Part shown: positions 18,896 through 28,164 of the stretch, in pieces | How positions within the stretch are numbered: the stretch's first letter is position 1 | How the letters are laid out: every line of letters begins with the position of its first letter | From: Terriglobia bacterium | GTDB taxonomy: Bacteria; Acidobacteriota; Terriglobia; Versatilivoradales; Versatilivoraceae | Reading direction: 5' to 3' | NCBI GenBank assembly: GCA_951813285.1 | Contig: OX638355.1 | Span: forward strand, 2,373,136-2,437,135 | DNA length: 64,000 nucleotides | Notes under the pieces: model-generated | The model's database searches: none | What the model was told of the DNA's origin: nothing | The model's input: the letters and a program-made list of their open reading frames with translations, nothing else | Made by a program: the position numbers and the translations under genes

Positions 18896-19204
18896 CGTCT
18901 GAGGTTATAATAGGAATCAGCGGTGGTGCCCGTGCTCTACAGACACACCCATCTTAGATCAACAACCGTCTTGGAATCCACCGACACCCTTGTTGCGAGC
19001 CACCTTCGTCCGCACCTACGCCTGGATGGCCCTGACACTGCCTCAGACAAGCCGAGCGCGGAGCACTCGAATTGCCCGGGAATCGTCTTGGAACGACGGC
19101 TCCGCCAATACAATGACGGTGAGGTCTTATATGATGCCCTCATCAGGAACATGCTTCGCGGTCACCGTTCCATGCGGGGTGTGATCAATTCCGCGCCGTC
19201 GGCC

Positions 19205-19345
19205 TCAGGTAACACGCCCAATCGTCCATCAGGACATGCTGGCGCTTGAACAGGTCCGAGCAGGCATAGGCCGCGTCGACCTGGTTCCGGACTGCATGCG
19301 CCTGGACCGCCTCGATCACCTCCCGGAGATGGTCTGTCTTCAGCC
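19205..19345 (-). pseudogene. Second tyrosine-integrase C-terminal fragment
   Basis: TDHLREVIEAVQAHAVRNQVDAAYACSDLFKRQHVLMDDWACYL aligns with TDHPREVIEAALAHVVRNRVEAAYARSDLFERRRVLMDDWARYL at ~20522-20655. Confidence 0.85.
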
Positions 19346-19368
19346 ATTCGGGAATAGTGGTCACGGTC

Positions 19369-19397
19369 CTGTTCCCCGCAGACCCGGGGATGAACCG
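19369..19397 (+). CRISPR. Solitary type I-E-like CRISPR repeat, second copy
   Basis: CTGTTCCCCGCAGACCCGGGGATGAACCG, 29 nt; flanks homologous to those of 10978-11006. Confidence 0.75.
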
Positions 19398-19428
19398 GAG
19401 CAGGAAACAGGCACACCGAATGACTGTT

Positions 19429-19582
19429 GAATGGTCGACGAATTGCGCCTCTGGGGGTCACGCAGATGCCGTCAGATGGGTCGCCACCCTTCCGACGGGG
19501 GGTGGCGGTCTAACATGGCGGCGATCCTGCTACACACAACGCCTTTCTCTCAGAGGGCGAAGCCCCTAGCCGTTGTGGTTGG
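19429..19582 (-). repeat. Partial module, copy D
   Basis: GAATGGTCGACG..GCCTCTGGGGGTCA.GCAGATGCCGTCAGATGGGT..CTCTCAGAGGGCG..TGTGGT matches 11038-11190. Confidence 0.8.
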
Positions 19583-20309
19583 GGATGCAGGTTGGCGAAG
19601 CCAGCTTCGAGTTTGGAGTCGACGCCCAGCGGCTCAAGAGTCCGGCTTACGGCGGTACGGACCACGGCGCCTTGGCCCGACTCACCGCGAGCTGGTAGCA
19701 GACACGCGAATCCAGTGGCGGCAATGGAACGCGCGACGGCTATGGAAAGTGCCGCCCCTGCTGGAAACCCGGTCTGACTGCGCTCGGGTTCCCGCAACTT
19801 CCCGCAGCCCCGTCGGCGGGTTGACCAGGAACGATGAACCTGCAGGGCGGGTTCCGGTTACCTTGTCAAAGCGATCCTTCAACCTGCTGTGGTTCCCCGG
19901 CCGTCCGGCAACCGGTTGGGAATCCAGTTGGCATGTCTCGATCAAGGCCCCGGCCGATCCGGACAGGGCACTGGCCCGATCGTTGAGGCGTGGGCAACCG
20001 TCTTCAGGCCGGGCGCGTTTCCATGGCCGGCCCATACGGTCCACCGGCATCCGATGTCGTCCATAAGTATCTGAATAATAGTCACTTGACCCCAACCAGG
20101 GCTTTGACTCATCCGATCCCGACTCGATACCATTGCTGAAGTTTCCACAGCCTGGGAGAGGTGGAGGAGGAGGTTGTGAGGGGACCTCACCGTCCGAGAT
20201 CGGGACCCGACATGCGGTCGCGTTCCCCGGAAGAGGAGGGGGCGGATCCAGGCGCGCTTCTTGTTGCGAGACGGGTGCTCAGCCGGAGCACGGCACGCTC
20301 CGTGAGACA

Positions 20310-20400
20310 GGGGAGCCAGCCTACCCAATGTAATACATTGGGGCTGGCGAGGGGCTTCGGCCCCTTCGAACCCCCGACCGGGGGGAACTCCCCCTGCTCC
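20310..20400 (-). other. oriT-like hairpin cluster
   Basis: Perfect IR CCCAATGTA-A-TACATTGGG (20324-20342) followed on the minus strand by TAGGCTGGCT; GGGGC-TTCG-GCCCC hairpin adjacent. Confidence 0.35.
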
Positions 20401-20455
20401 CCCCACCACCCCCGCCGCTCCCGTCTCCCTCTCCCGAGAACTTCGAGCCTGGCTC

Positions 20456-21710
20456 TCACCCTGGCCTGCACGGGGCGAAGTCCCGTTGCTGGGCTTGGCG
20501 CGGGCACCCGATCCCTGGGGCCAAGTAACGCGCCCAGTCGTCCATCAGGACACGCCTGCGCTCGAATAGGTCGGAGCGGGCATAGGCCGCCTCGACCCGG
20601 TTGCGGACCACATGCGCCAGGGCCGCCTCGATCACCTCTCGGGGATGGTCGGTCTCCTCGGCCGCCCAGTCCCGAAAGCTGGATCGGAACCCGTGCGGCA
20701 CGGCTGCAATCCCCTGCTCGCGGACCAGCCACCGCAGCTCCTTGTCATTGAGCGGTTTCCCTTGCCCACGGCTGAACACCAGAGGACCGTCGCCGAGGGT
20801 CCGTGCCGCCTCGAGAATCTCCAGGGCGCGTCGGCACAGCGGCACCCGGTGCTGGCGGTTAGCCTTCATCCGCTTGGCCGGGACGGTCCATACACCAGCG
20901 TCTCGATCGATCTCCGCCCACTCGGCCCACCGGACCTCACTCCACCTGGCCTCCGTCAGCACCAGGAACTACGAAGGCCAGCTTGGCCACCTCCGGCGCC
21001 GTCGCTGCCTGCACCGTCCGGATAGCCGCAAGCACCTCCCGATGCGGCAAAGCCTGCATGTGCTCGGTAACGTCCTGTTGGAGACCCAGGACCGGGCCGA
21101 TCCTGTCGCAGGGGTTGTCAATGCGGAACTCCATGGCTACGGCCCATTCCAGGATCGCCCGCAGGCGCTGGCGCACTCGCCGGGCGCTGGACGGCTTCCG
21201 GTGCCAGATGGGGGTGAGGACCTCAAGCACGTCGGCGCTCGTAACCTCAGAGACCGGCATCTTGCCGATGCGCGGGAAGGCGAACCGCCTCAGGCTCGAC
21301 ATCCACTCGCGATGGTGACGCCGGCCGCGCCAGCCGCCCCGCTTCTGCTCCAGCACACGCATGGCGGCTTCGGCGAAGGTGGGGATGCCCTCGGTGCGGC
21401 GTTTCTCGGCAAGGGGATCTCCGCCCTGGCGGGCGAGCTTGCGGTTGGCCAGGGCTTTCTCCCTGGCCTCTGCCAGGGGGACCAAGGCGACGCTGCCGAG
21501 ACCGAGCTCACGGCGACGGCCACGGACGACGAGGCGTTGAATCCAACTGCGGGTTCCGCTGGGTTGGACGAAGAGGTACAATCCGTTTCCATCGGCGTAT
21601 CTTCCGGGCGGAGCGGAGCGCAGGAAGGCGGCCGAAAGGGCGTTGCTGGGGTGGCGGCCGGTGGGCTTGGTCTTAGGTCGGACCGGAGCGAAGTCCGTTA
21701 CAGCATCCAT
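20456..21710 (-). pseudogene. P4-type tyrosine integrase with +1 frameshift
   Basis: Arm-binding domain (YADGNGLYL..GTRSW..RELGLG), catalytic R..HGFR..LAH..AY; one extra base at ~20971 splits the ORF. Confidence 0.88.
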
Positions 21711-21987
21711 CCCCCCATTATATGAGGGATGGCAGTGGATTGCAAGGGATGTTCGTGGCAGGTCCAGCCACAGTAGAGCTTATATAAGACACTCATAAAT
21801 AATACAGTTATAGACTCTACTGGACGGCGGTAGACATCACTGGAATTTGATGTGCCGTTGCGGCGGCGACAGCAGGTAGCAGGAGCGTGGCAGGTGTTTG
21901 GACGCACCCCTGGTTCTTCGACGGGCGACTCATTCAGGGCAATACCGGGGTTGTTTCAGGCAAGCCGGGCCCCCGCCCCCCACGACG

Positions 21988-22147
21988 GGGCGGATCATTC
22001 GAGGGTAAAACAATCAGAAATCGAAAATCCTTTCGCGACCTTGGAATCCCGTCGCGGTTTACCTCAACGCCTTAGTGTCCCTTCGTCGTTCTTCGTGTCC
22101 CTTCGTGGATTCCTCTTTTTCTTTTGTCTTTATTCGTTTGTTTCAGG
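21988..22147 (-). repeat. Partial copy of the large intergenic composite repeat
   Basis: Reverse complement of ~43493-43652. Confidence 0.85.
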
Positions 22148-22173
22148 CAGGCAGGCAAGCAAGCAGGCAGGCG

Positions 22174-22923
22174 CTATCGGTAGGATGATTCCAGGTTGGA
22201 ATAGACCAGTCGGCCGGCCGAATCCCGGTAGCTGACGATATCCGGTTTGACTCCGCCGGCGGTTGTGTCCGGCAGGTCTTGGCCATAAAGCCGGCTGATC
22301 TTGTGGACGTAGTCCCGAGTCTCTCGGTAGGGGGGAATGCCGTCATGCTTGCGGACGGCATTTTCGCCCGCGTTGTAAGCCGCCAGCACCAGGGAAAGGT
22401 TGCCGGGAAACCGATTCTGCAGGAACTTGAGGTAGCGTATTCCTCCCTCGATGTTTTGGGCGGGATCGTATGCGTCAGCCACGCCGAACCGCTTGGCGGT
22501 CGCCGGCAGCAACTGCATGACTCCCAGGGCTCCCCTGGGGGAAATTGCTGTTGGATTATAGTTCGACTCCACCCTGGCCACCGCCCTGACCAGCTCAGGA
22601 TCCATCCCGTGCTTTCGGGCGATGCGATCGATGAGTCGTCCGATCCCGGCAGGAGGCTGCCCCCTTCGGCGAGTCCTCGGTGGCGGGCTCGGCTCGGGCA
22701 GTGTGGGAGAACTGGCCGGGGCTATGGCAATGTTTCGAGTATTGGAAAATATGCGGTGTCCGTCGGGTCCGGTGAAGCTGTCGATCTCCCCGCCGATCGA
22801 GGTCGGGCACACGACCAGGGTGAACAGGCAACCGGCCGAAGCCATGTATCGGTTAAGGTTCCAACCGGGAGTGTTGATTTTCGTGGGGGTAACCATGGGA
22901 ACGGGAGCTGAATGATGGGGCAA
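22174..22923 (-). CDS. Lytic transglycosylase (SLT domain)
   Basis: VESNYNP.AISPRGALGVMQLLP, LAAYNAG, PPYRETRDYV; true start may be downstream. Confidence 0.92.
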   Translation of the reverse strand: MPHHSAPVPMVTPTKINTPGWNLNRYMASAGCLFTLVVCPTSIGGEIDSFTGPDGHRIFSNTRNIAIAPASSPTLPEPSPPPRTRRRGQPPAGIGRLIDRIARKHGMDPELVRAVARVESNYNPTAISPRGALGVMQLLPATAKRFGVADAYDPAQNIEGGIRYLKFLQNRFPGNLSLVLAAYNAGENAVRKHDGIPPYRETRDYVHKISRLYGQDLPDTTAGGVKPDIVSYRDSAGRLVYSNLESSYR

Positions 22924-23061
22924 CGTTCTCTCTCTCAGGACATTTAGATGGTTCGGAACCGGAAATAGTCTAACGCTTTCTCCAAGGACCGATGACCGGC
23001 GGGCCCTTCTCGGTTGGCCCGACCATGCAGATTCATGGGCGCTGCTGAAAAAATCGGCGGG

Positions 23062-25713
23062 TCAACCCGCCCCTTGGACATGCCTCTCGACGTAGTCGGC
23101 GACCGCCTCCAGCGCCAGGGGTAATTTGCTCGGGTCCCTGCCTCCGGCTTCAGCCAGGTCCGGTCTGCCGCCGCCGCCCCCGCCGACCACCGAGGCGATT
23201 TCCTTGACCATCCTGCCCGCGTGGAGACGGGGAGTCAGATCGGAGGTAATGGCCGCGACCAGGGAGACTTTGCCGGAACCCGAAGTGGCCAGCACCACCA
23301 CGCCCCGGCCGATCCGAGACTTCAGCTCGTCAGCCAGATTGCGGAGCGAGGCATTGTCTAGCTGATCCACCACAGAAGTCAAGACCTTGATGTCATTTAC
23401 GTTCTTGGCGGTATGCAGCAGTTGTCCGGCCCGGTCCTGGGCCAGGCGGTAGCGCATTGCCCGCAATTCCTTCTCCAAAGACCTGATGGAGGCCTGGTAC
23501 TTGCGGACCGACCCCACCAGCTCGGGCCGAGTGCCTTTGAAAAGCCCCTCCAACTGGCTGAGCAGTGCCTCGTCCTCGCGAAAGCGGCGGAGCGCCCCGG
23601 TGCCCGTTATGGCTTCGATACGGCGGACCCCTGCGGCGATCCCACTCTCGCTGACGATCTTGAACAATCCGATGTCGCCGGTGCGGGAGACGTGGGTGCC
23701 GCCGCAAAGCTCCTTGCTGAAGCCATCCACCGACACCACCCTCACCTGTTCTCCGTACTTCTCTCCGAAGAGAGCCATGGCTCCTTCCGACACCGCCTGG
23801 CTCAATTCCTGAACCAGCGTGGTGACGGACAGGTTGTCCATGACCTTGCGGTTCACCAGGTCCTCGATCTCGATGAGGTCCTCCGGCGAAAGGGCCGCAT
23901 AGTGGGTGAAGTCGAAGCGCAAGCGATCGGGAGCCACCAGGGAGCCGGACTGTTTGACGTGAAATCCGACCAGTCGGTGGAGGGCGGCATGGAGCAAGTG
24001 AGTGGCCGTGTGGTTTTTCCTGATGGAATCGCGGCGGATCGGGTCCACCCTGGCCTCGACCCTTTCCCCCACTCGCAGGGCTCCCCCTGCGCACCTGACC
24101 CGGTGAGCGGAATAGCCGGGAGGAGCCGGATAGGTATCCTGCACGACGGCCTCGGCCTCGGCGCCCTGCAAGACCCCGGTGTCTCCGATTTGGCCTCCCG
24201 TTTCCGCATAGAAGGGCGTCTGGTCCAGGAAGATCTCTCCCACCTCTCCGGCCTGCAGCCAGTCGGTCTGCTTGCCCTCGATCAGGATTCCCGTGACGGT
24301 CGACTGGTCGGTGCCAAGCCGGGTATAGCCGAGAAATCGGGTCTTCTTGGCGGTGGGCGGCGGCGCCGAGCCGGCAGCGGTGGCCGTTTCCTTCCAACTG
24401 GCCCGCCCCCTCTCGCGCTGGGCCGACAGCCGCCGGTTGAAGCCTTCTTCGTCCAGCATCAGTCCATTTTCGTCCGCGATCTCCTGCATCAGGTCCAGGG
24501 GCAGGCCGTAGGTGTCATAGAACTTGAACATGACCTCGCCCGGCAGCCGGCGCGGTTGGCTCCCGGAGGGTTGCAGTCGAGACAGCACGTCGCCGAGCTG
24601 GTCCAATGCGATCCGCAGCGTGGACGAGAACCGCTGCTCTTCGTGGCGCACCACCCTGGACACGTAATCCCGGGTGGAGGCCAGCTCCGGATAGGCGTCC
24701 TGCATGAGATCCGCCACCCTGTCGGCCATCCGGTGCAGAAACTCGTCCTGGATTCCGATGAGCCTTCCGTGCCGTATGCCGCGGCGCATGATTTTTCGCA
24801 GGACATAGCCACGGCCGTCATTGTCGGGCACCACCCCGTCGCTGACGAGGAAAGCCGTCGCCCTGGCATGGTCGGCGATCACCCGCATGGAAACGTCGGC
24901 GGCCCTGTCGTCGCCGTAGTCCCGTCCGGCTATTTCGGCTGCGAATTGCGTCAACGGCTTCAGCAGGTCCGTGTCGTAGTTGCTGTACTTGCCCTGGAGC
25001 ACCGCTGTCATTCGCTCCAGGCCCATGCCGGTGTCTACCGAGGGCTTGGGTAGGCGAACCAGTTGACCCGATTTCTGCCGGTCGAACTCCATGAACACCA
25101 GGTTCCAGATTTCGACAAAGCGGCCGCACTCGCAGGGAAAACTGCATTGCGTATGTCCGGCCTCGCTGCCGGCCGGCCCCTGGTCGAAGTGCATCTCGGA
25201 ACAGGGACCGCAGGGACCGGTGTCTCCCATGGCCCAGAAGTTGTCCTTCTCTCCCAGTCGAAAGATGCGGTCGGCCGGAACCCCGATCTCTCGGTTCCAG
25301 ATCCGGTGGGCGTCGTCATCGTCCCGGTAGACCGTAATCCAGAGTTGCTCCGGCTTGAGCCCATAGACTTCGGTCACCAGTTCCCAGGCCAGCGGGATGG
25401 CTTCCGACTTGAAGTAGTCGCCGAAGGAAAAGTTCCCCAGCATTTCGAAGAAGGTGTGGTGCCGGGCGGTCTTGCCCACGTTCTCGAAGTCGTTGTGCTT
25501 TCCGCCTGCCCGAACGCATTTCTGGGAGGTGGTAGCCCGAAGGTAGTCCCGCTTCTCTCGTCCCAGGAATACGTCCTTGAACTGGTTCATGCCGGCATTG
25601 GTGAACAGCAGCGTGGGATCGCCGGCGGGGACCAGCGAGGAGCTCCTGACGATGCGGTGCCCTCTCTGTTGAAAATATTCCAGGAACTGCCTGCGGGTTT
25701 CGGTTCCGGTCAC
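23062..25713 (-). CDS. alaS: Alanine--tRNA ligase
   Basis: LLFTNAGMNQFK, HHTFFEMLGNFSFGDYFK, HTATHLLH, ELCGGTH, GGGGG DHHA1. Confidence 0.99.
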   Translation of the reverse strand: MTGTETRRQFLEYFQQRGHRIVRSSSLVPAGDPTLLFTNAGMNQFKDVFLGREKRDYLRATTSQKCVRAGGKHNDFENVGKTARHHTFFEMLGNFSFGDYFKSEAIPLAWELVTEVYGLKPEQLWITVYRDDDDAHRIWNREIGVPADRIFRLGEKDNFWAMGDTGPCGPCSEMHFDQGPAGSEAGHTQCSFPCECGRFVEIWNLVFMEFDRQKSGQLVRLPKPSVDTGMGLERMTAVLQGKYSNYDTDLLKPLTQFAAEIAGRDYGDDRAADVSMRVIADHARATAFLVSDGVVPDNDGRGYVLRKIMRRGIRHGRLIGIQDEFLHRMADRVADLMQDAYPELASTRDYVSRVVRHEEQRFSSTLRIALDQLGDVLSRLQPSGSQPRRLPGEVMFKFYDTYGLPLDLMQEIADENGLMLDEEGFNRRLSAQRERGRASWKETATAAGSAPPPTAKKTRFLGYTRLGTDQSTVTGILIEGKQTDWLQAGEVGEIFLDQTPFYAETGGQIGDTGVLQGAEAEAVVQDTYPAPPGYSAHRVRCAGGALRVGERVEARVDPIRRDSIRKNHTATHLLHAALHRLVGFHVKQSGSLVAPDRLRFDFTHYAALSPEDLIEIEDLVNRKVMDNLSVTTLVQELSQAVSEGAMALFGEKYGEQVRVVSVDGFSKELCGGTHVSRTGDIGLFKIVSESGIAAGVRRIEAITGTGALRRFREDEALLSQLEGLFKGTRPELVGSVRKYQASIRSLEKELRAMRYRLAQDRAGQLLHTAKNVNDIKVLTSVVDQLDNASLRNLADELKSRIGRGVVVLATSGSGKVSLVAAITSDLTPRLHAGRMVKEIASVVGGGGGGRPDLAEAGGRDPSKLPLALEAVADYVERHVQGAG

Positions 25714-25758
25714 GACTTCGGTGTCCTCTATGCCGAACTGTTCTGGCGGGGAGCTGCT

Positions 25759-26259
25759 TCAGTCCGCCCATTCAAAGGGTCGATGGAATCGCTTCCTGAA
25801 TTCACGCCGCACGGCCTCCAATGGGAAGCCTCGGGCGAGCAGGTAATTATAGAGCCTGGCCACCCTTTTTTCATCCAGCGGCTCGGACAAGGCCTCCAGC
25901 TTGCGTTCCAGGCTGTGCCGCAAATGGGCCAGCTCTTTTTCCGGCGGGAACATCTCGTCCAGCACCTGGTCGACCAGGCGCCTGGGCAGTCCCCGAGCAG
26001 CCATCTCCTTCTGCAGCCTGGATCGGCTGCAGGCGCCGCGGCGCAGACGGACGGTGACGAGGGTCTCGAGGCACTGCCGGTCATCCAGGTAGCCACTCGC
26101 CTTCAACCTGGCAAGGACGCCGGCCACCGCGGACGCATCATCGGTCCGGGCCAGCAGCTTGACTTCCAGTTCTCGGGTGGAGTGGATCTTTCGGCCCAGG
26201 GCCCGGAGCGCCCATTGGAAAAGGGCCTCTGAATCGTGTGGACGGGGCTCCTCGCTCAC
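25759..26259 (-). CDS. recX: Regulatory protein RecX
   Basis: ALRALGRKIHSTRELEVKL, GYLDD, YLLARGF; upstream of alaS; GTG start 26259. Confidence 0.85.
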   Translation of the reverse strand: MSEEPRPHDSEALFQWALRALGRKIHSTRELEVKLLARTDDASAVAGVLARLKASGYLDDRQCLETLVTVRLRRGACSRSRLQKEMAARGLPRRLVDQVLDEMFPPEKELAHLRHSLERKLEALSEPLDEKRVARLYNYLLARGFPLEAVRREFRKRFHRPFEWAD

Positions 26260-26290
26260 GGAGCGTTTTGCAGGATTTGAGCTGTCGGAA

Positions 26291-27211
26291 TCATACGAAG
26301 GCCAGCCAATCGGGGTGGTCATCGCTCTTGCCTTCAACGATCTGGAAGAACCGTTGCTGGATTCTGGCGGTGACCGGCCCCCGGCGGCCGCTGCCGACGC
26401 TGATCTTGTCCACGCTGCGGATCGGCGTGACTTCTGCGGCGGTTCCCGTAAAGAACAACTCGTCCGCCAAGTAGAGAAATTCGCGAGCGATGCCCTGCTC
26501 CCGGACTTCAATGCCGAGGTCGCGGCAGATCTCGATCACTGCCCGCCTTGTGATTCCAGGGAGGACGGAGGAGGCCAGCGCGGGCGTCAGGACCACGCCT
26601 TCCTTGATGACAAAGATGTTCTCGCCACTGCCTTCGCTGACGTAGCCGGCGGTGTCCAGGGCAATGCCCTCCGAGTAGCCGGCCTGCATGGCCTCCATCT
26701 TGATGAGCTGGGAGTTCATGTAGTTGGCTCCCGCTTTGGCCAGGGTGGGGAGCGTATTGGGGGCGATGCGGTTCCAGGAGGAGACGCAGACGTCCACGCC
26801 TTCCTCCAGAGCTTCCTTGCCAAGATACCGACCCCACTCCCAGACGGCAATGACGACTTCCAGTGGGCAGCCCAGAGGGTTGACCCCAATCTCGCCGTAG
26901 CCTCTGAGAATGATGGGACGGATGTAGCATTCCTTCAGTCGGTTTTCCCGAATGGTGCCCAGGATGGCCTGGCAGAGATCCTCGGCGGAATAGGGGATCT
27001 GCATCCGGTAGAGCTTGGCCGAATTCAGAAGACGCTCCACGTGTCTATCCAGGCAGAAAACCGCCGAACCCTTGACCGTGTTGTAACAGCGAATGCCTTC
27101 GAAAACGGCGGATCCGTAGTTCACCACGTGGGAGAGAACGTGGATCTTGGCATCGTCCCAGGGAACGAAGTGTCCGTTGAACCAGATCTTTTGCGACTTG
27201 GGAATGGGCAA
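26291..27211 (-). CDS. ilvE: Branched-chain amino acid aminotransferase
   Basis: [46 protein letters not shown] start with AAGGAG RBS. Confidence 0.96.
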   Translation of the reverse strand: MPIPKSQKIWFNGHFVPWDDAKIHVLSHVVNYGSAVFEGIRCYNTVKGSAVFCLDRHVERLLNSAKLYRMQIPYSAEDLCQAILGTIRENRLKECYIRPIILRGYGEIGVNPLGCPLEVVIAVWEWGRYLGKEALEEGVDVCVSSWNRIAPNTLPTLAKAGANYMNSQLIKMEAMQAGYSEGIALDTAGYVSEGSGENIFVIKEGVVLTPALASSVLPGITRRAVIEICRDLGIEVREQGIAREFLYLADELFFTGTAAEVTPIRSVDKISVGSGRRGPVTARIQQRFFQIVEGKSDDHPDWLAFV

Positions 27212-27450
27212 CTCAGCTCCTTGACTGGGACCTTCGCCGGGTGCCAGGAAGGGTGCGATTCCCGGGGAGCCTGCCCCGAGGAGCGAGCAGTATAGCACAG
27301 CGCCGGAGTTTCCCGGCAACCGCCCAAGCCCGCCCAAACCCGCATTGCCCACCGGGTTGCATTGTTCAGAAGGGTGCAGAAAGGGAGGGTCGATTCTGAA
27401 GAGGCCCTGCGGCTCGGAAGGATGCTCCTGCGCGGCTATAAGCTGTAGCC

Positions 27451-27700
27451 TGTAAAACTCTAATAATAATAGACTTAAGTCGGATCAGCCTAGTTCCATT
27501 CCCTCATTGAATCTCTCTGATTTAACAGGAATCCATTAGACCATCCAGGACGTTGGCGGACAGGTCAGCCGAGTTTCGATCCTGAGCCGGAGGCCGTCAA
27601 GCGGAGAGGCAAGCTGCCCGTGCAGCGGATCGGAGATATTGGGTTACTTGCATCCTCCAGCCTTGCCCCTCTCGGCCTGAAGGCCATTTGTGGTCCGCTG
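27451..27700 (+). repeat. att-arm-like repeat, copy 3, joined to a piece of the RHH-ORF tail
   Basis: 27451-27562 matches 6186-6296; 27625-27695 matches 6703-6775. Confidence 0.75.
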
Positions 27701-27707
27701 TTTTTCG

Positions 27708-28012
27708 CTCCTCAAGGTCCCGACCCGGCTGCCGGTTTCGGGAATGGGAACGTCGAGGCTCCTGAGATAGTCGATGGCGTTGGTGGCGATCATCTGCTGG
27801 TGGGGGCCCAGCATGTCGGTGGCGGTGGCGGGGGTGCTCGGCCCGCCGGCTTCGGCCGTGTAGGTGAAGTTGAGCATGGCCGCATCGGATCCCCGGTTGG
27901 TCAGGGCCAACTCCGAAGTGAAGTGGGAGTTGTTCTTCCCCCTCGAGTCCAGCACCACCGGGACGAACTGGGTCATGGTGTCCATGCCCGGCGCAGGCGT
28001 TGTCTTGTAAAA
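27708..28012 (-). pseudogene. Fragment of an Acidobacterial secreted-protein repeat domain
   Basis: FVPVVL.S.GKNNSHFTSELALTNRG..FTYTA..GG..YLRSL..PIP..GTLR, truncated at the repeat junction. Confidence 0.6.
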
Positions 28013-28164
28013 ACCGGAGGCAAAGATGAGTGGCGGGAGTAAATGCTCAAATCCGGGGAGCAGGCTATGCTGGCGCACAAAGGCTGTCTTGGGAATTTCG
28101 GCGCTGTCGGAATCATCGGCGGGATCGTCGAACGGAAGGTTTCCCTGAACTCCTTTGCAATGCT

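Larger units (their letters stand above)
6181..21870. mobile_element. Decayed composite genomic island (nested integrative-element remnants)
   Basis: att-arm-like left end, P4-type integrase at right end, IS elements, tRNA relic, repeated internal modules and AT-richer cargo; boundaries approximate. Confidence 0.7.

Noticed and set aside
6181..21870. Integron with attC cassettes
   Set aside because: The integrase is P4-type with an arm-binding domain, not IntI, and the repeats lack RYYYAAC...GTTRRRY ends
6181..21870. Prophage
   Set aside because: No terminase, capsid, tail or lysis genes; the SLT gene at 22174 lies in the core region
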